Source: Thermoproteota archaeon (GTDB lineage: Archaea > Korarchaeota > Korarchaeia > Korarchaeales > Korarchaeaceae). Taken from it: a stretch of 64,000 bases of DNA. The notes under the pieces are model-generated. The model was not told the origin of the DNA. It saw only the letters and a program-made list of their open reading frames with translations, and ran no database searches. Every line of letters starts with the position of its first letter. The stretch's first letter is position 1. Shown piece by piece: positions 57,329 through 64,000 of the stretch. A program made the position numbers and the translations under genes. The stretch spans positions 44,466-108,465 of the forward strand of contig JAOZFG010000017.1 in NCBI GenBank assembly GCA_027491435.1, in the 5' to 3' direction.

Positions 57329-57501
57329 GCGTCTCTCGCCTCCTTAACCATCTTATAATGTTTTCTGCACAAGGGTATTTTGTCGCCCGGATCCTCTTTG
57401 AGCTTCAACTTTAGGGCTTGTATGTAAGGTAGGAAAGATCTATTAACCAGTTTAGAGGCAGGCTCCTCACACCCCTCTATAATGCACTTCTCCCCTTCCA
57501 T
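57310..57501 (-). CDS. Small putative Zn-binding protein (C-x4-C ... LC-x2-HYK), 63 aa
   Basis: MEGEKCIIEGCEEPA...LCRKHYK; SD GAGGGGTG right after tRNA-Arg; ORF-track extension upstream is tRNA. Confidence 0.7.
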   Translation of the reverse strand: MEGEKCIIEGCEEPASKLVNRSFLPYIQALKLKLKEDPGDKIPLCRKHYKMVKEARDAYLGRF

Positions 57502-57516
57502 AGTAACACCCCTCAA

Positions 57517-57591
57517 CGGGCCCGGGGGGACTTGAACCCCCGACCTGCGGCTCCGGAGGCCGCCGCTCTGGCCTTGCTGAGCTACGGGCCC
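57517..57591 (-). tRNA. tRNA-Arg(CCG)
   Basis: GGGCCCG...GCGGC-CT CCG GA-GCCGC...CGGGCCCG. Confidence 0.97.
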
Positions 57592-57716
57592 CATTATATT
57601 AGTAAAAACTCTAAATTAACCTTTCCGTCTCTGCGTTAAGTCTAGCCACAAGCTATGATAAACTAGGCCCCGGACCGACGCGTGAACTTTATAAATCCGC
57701 CTGCGGTTCTAAGGAT

Positions 57717-57792
57717 GGGCCCGTAGCTCAGTCGGTAGAGCGCCGGCTTTGCAAGCCGGAGGTCCCGGGTTCGAATCCCGGCGGGTCCACCA
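57717..57792 (+). tRNA. tRNA-Ala(TGC)
   Basis: GGGCCCG...CCGGC-TT TGC AA-GCCGG...CGGGTCCACCA. Confidence 0.97.
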
Positions 57793-57819
57793 TTACTCCT
57801 TCTTAAATCGGTAGATGAA

Positions 57820-57892
57820 GGCCGGGGCCGGGATTTGAACCCGGGTTAAGGGCTCCACAGGCCCCCAGGTTGCCAGGCTACCTCACCCCGGC
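57820..57892 (-). tRNA. tRNA-His(GTG); G-1 not encoded
   Basis: GCCGGGG...GGGGC-CT GTG GA-GCCCT...CCCCGGC-C73; genomic -1 base is T. Confidence 0.95.
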
Positions 57893-57902
57893 ATAAGTAG
57901 GG

Positions 57903-57979
57903 TGGTGCGGCCGCCGGGATTTGAACCCGGGTCTGGGGCGTGGCAGGCCCCCATCCTATCCAGGCTAGACTACGGCCGC
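57903..57979 (-). tRNA. tRNA-Gly(GCC)
   Basis: GCGGCCG...GGGGC-CT GCC AC-GCCCC...ACCA. Confidence 0.97.
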
Positions 57980-58031
57980 CGTCCTTTATTGAGGGGGTTG
58001 GCTTATTTAAGTTTTGATGGTGGGTCGTCGG

Positions 58032-58703
58032 ATGATCACCGTGATCTTAGCTGAATCCTCCTTACACTTTATCCCTAAGAAGTATCATAAGGATAGGTCC
58101 GTTATCAAATTATCGAGAAAAAGGAAGAGAGATCCCTCACATATCCTTATGGATTTAAGCGAGCTGAGGTCGCTGGGATTTAAGTCCAAGGTAGGGGAGA
58201 AGGAGGGGAGGCCTGACGTAGTCCACAGGTCCCTGCTGTCCGTTACCGATAGCCCCTTATTTCTAATGGGAAGGATTAAGTTATACCTCCACACAGTTGA
58301 GGATAGGCTTTTTGAAGTTAAGGAGGGCGTCAGGCCTCCCAGGTCTTACAGGAGGTTCGTCGGCCTCATGGAGGAGTTACTGAGAAAGGGATCGGTGGGG
58401 CCTCCTGGGAAGCCTTTGATACGAGAGCTTAACTCTGACTTATCTGAAGTGATTTCGGGGAAGGTCTTTTTGCTTCGTGAAGGCGGAACCCTGCAGGACC
58501 CGATTAAGTTGCTCTCCTCAATCGATAGCTTCTCCATAATCGTAGGGGCCTTTCCCCACGGGGACTTTAGGGAGGAGGTCAGATCCCTGGCAGACGTGAA
58601 CGTCACCCTATATAAGGGAACGCTCTCATCGTCTACCGCAATATCGATGATGCTCGCCTACGCCTACTACGTGGAGGTATGGTATGCCGAGGAGGAGAGT
58701 TAA
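58032..58703 (+). CDS. nep1: Nep1/Emg1 16S rRNA pseudouridine methyltransferase
   Basis: ILAESSL..IP, GRPDVVH.SLL, RPPRSY.RF.GLME.LL, VGAFPHGDF. Confidence 0.95.
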   Translation: MITVILAESSLHFIPKKYHKDRSVIKLSRKRKRDPSHILMDLSELRSLGFKSKVGEKEGRPDVVHRSLLSVTDSPLFLMGRIKLYLHTVEDRLFEVKEGVRPPRSYRRFVGLMEELLRKGSVGPPGKPLIRELNSDLSEVISGKVFLLREGGTLQDPIKLLSSIDSFSIIVGAFPHGDFREEVRSLADVNVTLYKGTLSSSTAISMMLAYAYYVEVWYAEEES

Positions 58704-59034
58704 GGAGAAGAGGATTGCCAGGGAAAGGATTGTCAGGTTGCTAAGGCTGGCCGACGAGATCTACAGGGAGGAACTGGACTTAGCCTTGAAGTACGGGGAG
58801 TTAGCCAGGAGAATCTCCTTGAGGACCAGGGTGAAGATACCTAGGGAGTGGAAGTGGAGGTTCTGCAAGAACTGCGGCTCCCTGCTATTTCCCGGAGTTA
58901 ACGCCCAGGTCAGGTTGAGGGACAGGAGGATGCCTCACATCGTGATTCACTGTCTGAAGTGTGGATCCATCAGGAGAATACCATACCTCAGGGAGAAGAG
59001 GTTGCGTCGAAGCTTAGGTAACCAAACGTTTTAA
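58684..59034 (+). CDS. rnp4: RNase P protein Rpp21 (component 4)
   Basis: IARERI..L, Y..LARRI, K.RFCKNC.S.L.PG....VR, CL.CG..RR.PY. Confidence 0.95.
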   Translation: MPRRRVKEKRIARERIVRLLRLADEIYREELDLALKYGELARRISLRTRVKIPREWKWRFCKNCGSLLFPGVNAQVRLRDRRMPHIVIHCLKCGSIRRIPYLREKRLRRSLGNQTF

Positions 59035-59080
59035 AATCGATGACGTTAGGAGATAGAGAAAGGTTAGGTAGGGTGATAAG

Positions 59081-59539
59081 GTGCCTGTTGCCAGGGAGAT
59101 CAGAGCAGACCTGCTGATAGAAAGGTTGAAGGAGGAGCTCAAGAAGATTGACGAGATAAGGCCACCGGAGTGGGCCTTCTATACCAAGACTGGAGCTCAC
59201 AAGCAGAGGCCGCCCATACAGGATGACTGGTGGTACATAAGGGCTGCATCCATATTGAGAACCCTTTACATGAGGGGAGGCCGGCCAGTAGGAGTTGAGA
59301 GGTTGAGGACCAAGTATGGAGGGAGGAAGGACAGGGGAGTTAGGCCCGAGAGGTTCGTTAAGGGTAGCGGTCACGTCATTAGGCTCATCCTACAACAGCT
59401 GGAGAGAGCTGGCCTAGTTGAGAAGATTCCCAGAAGGGGAAGGAGAATCACTAGTAAGGGCGTCTCTCTCCTAGACAAGATAGCTGCCGAGATAATAAAG
59501 GAGACCGGGATAGTACCGGGTAAGGTGATACCTCCATGA
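59081..59539 (+). CDS. rps19e: 30S ribosomal protein S19e
   Basis: PPEWA...KTG.HK.RPP...DWWYIRAASILR, YGGRK.RG.RPE. Confidence 0.97.
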   Translation: MPVAREIRADLLIERLKEELKKIDEIRPPEWAFYTKTGAHKQRPPIQDDWWYIRAASILRTLYMRGGRPVGVERLRTKYGGRKDRGVRPERFVKGSGHVIRLILQQLERAGLVEKIPRRGRRITSKGVSLLDKIAAEIIKETGIVPGKVIPP

Positions 59540-59862
59540 GCTCTGAGGATGAAATAATTAAGCAGTTACAGGAGAAGATGATGGCTGAGTTGACCAGTAA
59601 GAAGAAGGAGGAAGAAGCCGCTGCTGCAGAGCAGGTTAAAATAGATGCTATAGTTAAGCAGATAGTAACTTTGGAGGCTTGGGAAAGGCTTAAGAGGGTA
59701 GAGTTAGTCAAGCCTGACCTGGCCAACGAGGTAAAGCTTTACCTTATACAGTTATATAGTTCAGGGAGGCTCACCAGAAAGGTAACCGATGAGGAGCTAA
59801 AGGCTCTCCTGGCCCAGCTGTCCGAGAGGAGAAGGAGGGACTTCAACATCAGGGTCGTCTGA
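59536..59862 (+). CDS. PDCD5-like DNA-binding protein
   Basis: T.EA.ERL.RV.LVKP.LA..V..YLIQL...G.L...VTDE.LK.LL. Confidence 0.93.
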   Translation: MSSEDEIIKQLQEKMMAELTSKKKEEEAAAAEQVKIDAIVKQIVTLEAWERLKRVELVKPDLANEVKLYLIQLYSSGRLTRKVTDEELKALLAQLSERRRRDFNIRVV

Positions 59863-59871
59863 GGTGATCTT

Positions 59872-60024
59872 ATGGCCACTCATAGGAAGTTGGGTAGCAA
59901 GTTAAGGTATGCTAGGGCCCTCAAGGAGAACAGGAGGGTTCCTGCCTGGGTCTATGCTAAGACCAACAGGAAGGTCAGGTTCAGGTTCACTAGGAACTGG
60001 AGGAGAAGTAGGCTTCAACTTTAG
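59872..60024 (+). CDS. rpl39e: 50S ribosomal protein L39e
   Basis: Manual translation: MATHRKLGSKLRYARALKENRRVPAWVYAKTNRKVRFRFTRNWRRSRLQL. Confidence 0.96.
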   Translation: MATHRKLGSKLRYARALKENRRVPAWVYAKTNRKVRFRFTRNWRRSRLQL

Positions 60025-60035
60025 GGGGTGGCTAG

Positions 60036-60335
60036 ATGGCTGAGGACAAGAAGGTAGTTAAGACCTTCTCCATAAGGATGGGCATATTGATAAAGGCGAA
60101 GTACCCACCCAAGAAGAGGGCTGCCAGGGCCGTTAAGTACATAAAGGGCTACGTGAAAAAGCACGCCAAGTTAGATGGTTACGAGGTGAAAGTGAGGCCC
60201 GAGCTCAACGAGCTACTTTGGAGTAGAGGGGCGGGAAATCCCCCCGGTAAGGTAAACGTCAAGGTGGTCATAGACGAGGAAGAGAAGGTGGCCGTGATCT
60301 GGCCCCTTCAAAAGGAGGTAAGGAGCACAAAGTGA
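60036..60335 (+). CDS. rpl31e: 50S ribosomal protein L31e
   Basis: KRAARAVKYIK..VKKH.K, LNE.LWSRG..NPP.KV.VKV. Confidence 0.95.
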   Translation: MAEDKKVVKTFSIRMGILIKAKYPPKKRAARAVKYIKGYVKKHAKLDGYEVKVRPELNELLWSRGAGNPPGKVNVKVVIDEEEKVAVIWPLQKEVRSTK

Positions 60336-61006
60336 CCATATCTAAGGTTAGGGTTCAAGGTAGTTCCAACCTAGGGGTTTTTATCAAGGCCGTTGCTGGG
60401 TACGTGTTCCTACCCCAGGGGACCAAGCCGAGCGTCGTTGAGGAGGCCGCACAAGTTTTAGGCCTCACCCCCCTAACCCTCAGCATATATGATAGTAAGT
60501 TGTTAGGTCTGTTTATAGCTGGCAACAGCAGGGCCCTGCTGCTCCCACCAATAGTGGGAAGAGCTGATTATGAAACCGTGAGGGACAGTGTAGACGTTGA
60601 GGTTCACGTTCTAGACACCAACTTCACCGCCCTAGGGAATGTGATACTAGCTAACGACTACGGAGCCTTGGTACACCCTAAGATGAGCGACTACGAGGTG
60701 GAACAGATTTCTAAGGCCTTAGGGGTCAAGGTGATGAGGGGGAAGATAGCTGATATTTCCGTAGTGGGCTCTGTAGGTGTTGTAACAAACAAGGGATGTG
60801 CAGTCAGTCCCTACACAGAGGATCACGAAGTTAAGGCCTTAGAAGAGCTCTTCCAGGTGGAGAATTGTATAAGGTGTACCGTGAACGACGGAGTTAGCTT
60901 CATAAAACTAGGCCTGGTTGCCAGCGAGAGTGGCGCTCTAGTCGGTTATAACACCACGCTTTACGAGATTGAGTGCGTGGCAGAAGCCCTTAAAATAGAA
61001 CCTTAA
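60332..61006 (+). CDS. eif6: Translation initiation factor 6 (aIF6)
   Basis: GS.NLGVF, AGNS, TALGNVILAND.GALVHP, VGS..V.TNKG, TVN.G, VG..TT..E. Confidence 0.96.
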   Translation: MTISKVRVQGSSNLGVFIKAVAGYVFLPQGTKPSVVEEAAQVLGLTPLTLSIYDSKLLGLFIAGNSRALLLPPIVGRADYETVRDSVDVEVHVLDTNFTALGNVILANDYGALVHPKMSDYEVEQISKALGVKVMRGKIADISVVGSVGVVTNKGCAVSPYTEDHEVKALEELFQVENCIRCTVNDGVSFIKLGLVASESGALVGYNTTLYEIECVAEALKIEP

Positions 61007-61018
61007 ACTTCCTTATAG

Positions 61019-61432
61019 GTGGTTCATTTGAGCAAGGAGGTAAAGCAGACCCTAGACCTGGAGAGCCTCCAAGGGCTCTACAAGTTGTTAACTGATGAGT
61101 ATAACAGGTTGCTCCTCCTCAAGAGCGAGATAGAGAGGACCATCGACACGCTGAAGGCTTTGACTAGGGCTGAGTCTGACGAAGTGGGACCCCTAATCAT
61201 ACCCGTGACTGGGTACCTATCCCTCCTAGTTCCAGAGGTTAAGAGGGGCGAGGTGCTCTTCCTCATGGGCTCCAACATCTACGCTAGGATGACTCCCGAG
61301 AGGGCCCTGGAGGAGGCCAAGTCCAGGCTTGAGGAGGTAGATAAGGCCCTAAAGGAGGTTGGTCAGAGCCTAGCTAGCGTACAGGTTCAGTTGGAGATGG
61401 CCAAAAGGAAGGGATCTGCTGGTGCTAGGTAG
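61019..61432 (+). CDS. pfdA: Prefoldin alpha subunit
   Basis: Coiled coils flanking LIIPV.G...VLF.MGSNIY..MT.E.A; eIF6-pfdA-ftsY context. Confidence 0.85.
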   Translation: MVHLSKEVKQTLDLESLQGLYKLLTDEYNRLLLLKSEIERTIDTLKALTRAESDEVGPLIIPVTGYLSLLVPEVKRGEVLFLMGSNIYARMTPERALEEAKSRLEEVDKALKEVGQSLASVQVQLEMAKRKGSAGAR

Positions 61433-62288
61433 GATAGTGGACGCCCTGTCCTCTAGAGGAATAGTCTCCAAGAGATGGAAGAGATCTGACGTTCTCAAGG
61501 TGTTTGAGGACCTGGAGGTAGAGCTCCTCTCTGAGGGCATGCCCCTGAAGGTCTTGGACTTCCTCAAAGAAGAAGTGTCCAAGTCCTTGGATGGAGTCGA
61601 GACTAAGGGCAAGCCCAGGGAGGTGGTTAAGGAGCACATAAAGAGGGTGCTCCTGGAGAAGATGCCCAAGCCCCCAGACATAACTGAGATCAGGGGCAGG
61701 CCAGCCAAACTCATTTTCTTCGGATTTAATGGGGTTGGGAAGTCCCTCTCCATAGTTAAGGTGGCCAAGTACCTCATAAAGAGGGGCTTTCTTACGATGG
61801 TGATCTCTGCGGACACCTTCAGGGCCGCTGCAGGGGATCAGCTGGAGGGTTACGCCAGGGCCGCGGAAGTCCCCGTGTTTAAGGGTCAGAGGGGAGCTGA
61901 CCCAGCTTCGGTAGCTTTTGACGGCATAAGTTCGGCGGCCTCTAAGGGTTATGATTACGTGTTAATAGACACGGCTGGCAGGAACTACCTGGACAGAAAC
62001 TTAGTGGAGGAATTGAGGAAGATTGTCAGGGTCTCTAAGCCGGACCTGAAGGTGCTAGTGTTGGATGGGCTCTCCGGCTCTGACATGATAAACCAGTGTG
62101 ACTCCTTTGAGGACGCCGTGGGAATAGATGTCCTGATAGTGACGAAGGTCGATGCTTCAACAGAGCTCCCTGCCATAATAGCCTCGTTTTACACGGGGAA
62201 ACCCGTCATTTTCCTCGGGGTGGGGCAGGGGATAGAGGACCTTAAGCCCTTTGACCCTAAGGAGGCCCTCGACAGGGTATTGGGCTGA
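61422..62288 (+). CDS. ftsY: SRP receptor FtsY (short, NG only)
   Basis: G.NGVGK, ADTFRAAA.DQL, GADPA.VAFD, DTAGR, TKVD, FLG.GQ..EDL.PFDP. Confidence 0.93.
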   Translation: MLGRIVDALSSRGIVSKRWKRSDVLKVFEDLEVELLSEGMPLKVLDFLKEEVSKSLDGVETKGKPREVVKEHIKRVLLEKMPKPPDITEIRGRPAKLIFFGFNGVGKSLSIVKVAKYLIKRGFLTMVISADTFRAAAGDQLEGYARAAEVPVFKGQRGADPASVAFDGISSAASKGYDYVLIDTAGRNYLDRNLVEELRKIVRVSKPDLKVLVLDGLSGSDMINQCDSFEDAVGIDVLIVTKVDASTELPAIIASFYTGKPVIFLGVGQGIEDLKPFDPKEALDRVLG

Positions 62289-62326
62289 AGCTTTTATCTT
62301 GTAATCTCTCCTAAGCCAGGGTTATT

Positions 62327-63256
62327 ATGGAAATAGTTAGGATGCTCAAGGGGAGGGACTTCCTCACCCTGCTTGACTTCACCCCTCAGGAGTTCAAGTA
62401 TCTGGTTGAGAGGTCTTACCAGCATAAGCACGGTTTGGTAGCAGGCAAGCCTTTAGAGGGTAAATCTGTGGCCGGGATCTTCGAGAAGCCCTCTACCAGG
62501 ACCAGAGTTTCAATGACCGTGGCTACCTACCAACTGGGGGGCAACTTCATGGAGCTGCCTACCTCCAGCCTTCAGGTCTCGAGAGGGGAAACCCTTAAGG
62601 ACACCGCCTTAGTGCTAAGTAGGTTCGTCGACGCCATAGCTGCTAGGGTGAAGTCTCACTCAACGCTTGAGGAGCTAGCTAAATGGGCCACCGTCCCAGT
62701 GATCAACATGTTAAGCGACAAGTTCCACCCTCTTCAAGCTTTAGCGGACGTGTTCACCATAAGGGAGAGGTTTGGGGAGAGGAAGGTTAAGGTGGCCTTC
62801 GTAGGAGACGGTTCAGCCAACACTTGTCACAGTTTAATGGTGGCGTCGGCCCTCTACGGTTATGATTTCGTCGTAGTGGCCCCCGAGGAATATTGGCCGG
62901 ACAAGGAAGTTCTGGAGAAGGCTAATGAGATTGCTCAGGAGACTAACACCATCATAGAGCTCATCAGCGATCCAAGGGAGGGGGTGAAGGATGCTGACGT
63001 CATATACACGGACACCTGGCTTTCCATGGGGGTTAGCGACGTTGATAAGAGGTTGGAGGTTTTCCCTCCTTATCAGGTTAACGGTGAGTTGTTGAGTCAC
63101 GCCCCTGAGCACGCCGTGGTGATGCACTGTCAACCCTGGTTTATAGGTCAGGAGATAACTGCTGACGTAGCTTACGGCCCCAAGTCCATAGCCTTTGATC
63201 AGGCGGAGAACAGGCTCTACACCGCTAAAGCGGTCCTTGAATCAATCATACCGTAA
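62327..63256 (+). CDS. argF: Ornithine carbamoyltransferase
   Basis: FEKPSTRTRVS, HPLQALAD, YTDTW.SMG, MHCQP, FDQAENRL. Confidence 0.93.
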   Translation: MEIVRMLKGRDFLTLLDFTPQEFKYLVERSYQHKHGLVAGKPLEGKSVAGIFEKPSTRTRVSMTVATYQLGGNFMELPTSSLQVSRGETLKDTALVLSRFVDAIAARVKSHSTLEELAKWATVPVINMLSDKFHPLQALADVFTIRERFGERKVKVAFVGDGSANTCHSLMVASALYGYDFVVVAPEEYWPDKEVLEKANEIAQETNTIIELISDPREGVKDADVIYTDTWLSMGVSDVDKRLEVFPPYQVNGELLSHAPEHAVVMHCQPWFIGQEITADVAYGPKSIAFDQAENRLYTAKAVLESIIP

Positions 63257-63391
63257 GGTATAGTATTCCTTTTTTCTACATCCTTTTTAATCAAAGAAAA
63301 CATTATGAGTCCTAGAGCTGAAAGTTAACTTGGAACCGGGGGAGACAGCTAATTAACACGGGTGAGCAAAGAAGAAGGGCCCCTCGGGACG

Positions 63392-63405
63392 TCAAAGTTT
63401 ATAAA
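63392..63405 (+). promoter_or_regulatory. BRE/TATA promoter of rRNA operon
   Basis: TCAAAG-TTTATAAA about 230 nt upstream of 16S, followed by GC-rich structured leader (11-bp hairpin 63538-63570). Confidence 0.7.
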
Positions 63406-63630
63406 GAGGAAACCCTCCCCTACTACTTGGCCATGGTGACCCGGTGGCGACCCCGAGAGGTGAAGGGGTAAACCCTGATCGTTATGAGGGGTCGTCTTTC
63501 CGACTATGGCCACAGGACCAATGTCCTTACGGTTATGTGAGCACGAGGAAACGGAGACACCTCGTGCTCAAGAGAGCCCGGATGCCCCACGAATGGCGGG
63601 TGGATCGGAGAGGCCTTGCGGCCGTATGCG

Positions 63631-64000
63631 AGACCGGTTGATCCTGCCGGAGGGGACCCCTATCGGGCTCGGACTAAGCCATGCGAGTCGGCTGGGGGAC
63701 CTCTCCCCTGGCGGCGCACGGCTCAGTAATACACGGTCAACCTGCCCTGGGGACCGGGATAACCTCGGGAAACTGAGGCTAATCCCGGATAGGGGTGGAT
63801 TCCTGGAATGGGTCCACCCCGAAAGTAGGCGGGGGAACGGCCCCGCTGAGGCCCCAGGATGGGACCGTGGCCTATCAGGTAGTAGGTGGGGTAACGGCCC
63901 ACCTAGCCTAAGACGGGTGCGGGCGGTGGGAGCCGGAGCCCGGAGATGGGCACTGAGACAAGGGCCTAGGCCCTACGGGGCGCAGCAGGCGCGAAACTTC
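63631..64000 (+). rRNA. 16S rRNA, 5' portion (runs off window)
   Basis: CCGGTTGATCCTGCCGG, AAGCCATGCGAGTC, GGCTCAGTAATAC, CTGAGACAAGG, CCCTACGGGGCGCAGCAGGCGCGAAAC. Confidence 0.98.

Noticed and set aside
915-63133. Many 60-190 aa antisense ORFs rich in Ser/Leu/Ile/Pro
   Set aside because: Shadow frames of well-supported genes on the opposite strand; no motifs.
1-64000. CRISPR arrays, transposases, proviral genes, inteins
   Set aside because: No regularly spaced repeats or hallmark genes seen; usual intein hosts (RtcB, Topo VI, RadA-like, helicase) have normal lengths.

Overview
GC-moderate, gene-dense housekeeping segment of a (hyper)thermophilic archaeon, most consistent with Korarchaeota. 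The assignment is an inference from two FtsZ paralogues plus SepF/CdrS alongside TACK-type ribosomal and processing genes, an intron-containing tRNA-Ile(UAU), and a two-unit splicing endonuclease carrying a crenarchaeal-type loop. The window holds ribosomal protein clusters (L3-L4-L23-L2; S24e-S27ae; L11-L1-P0; S19e-L39e-L31e), translation, transcription and RNA-processing factors, Topo VI, glycine cleavage and lipid genes, 16 tRNA genes, a C/D-box sRNA and the 5' end of 16S rRNA. No CRISPR array, IS element or provirus was seen. The most interesting signals are: (1) tRNA genes whose genomic 5' ends look as if they need post-transcriptional repair (tRNA-Ala(CGC) A1:C72; tRNA-His without G-1); (2) a CTG start codon on aIF1A; (3) a C/D sRNA whose two guides appear to hit both strands of 16S helix 34; (4) a tRNA-Ile(UAU) intron containing a second anticodon-arm copy with CAT; (5) an EMC6-like membrane module fused to a sequon-rich extracellular domain; (6) an XPD-like helicase operon with a P-loop-less RecA-fold protein and a RadA paralogue; (7) head-to-head AglH/GPT paralogues with complementary motifs; (8) candidate structured ncRNAs and a shared cell-division promoter motif. 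All calls are by eye from sequence and motif recall; no database searches were run.
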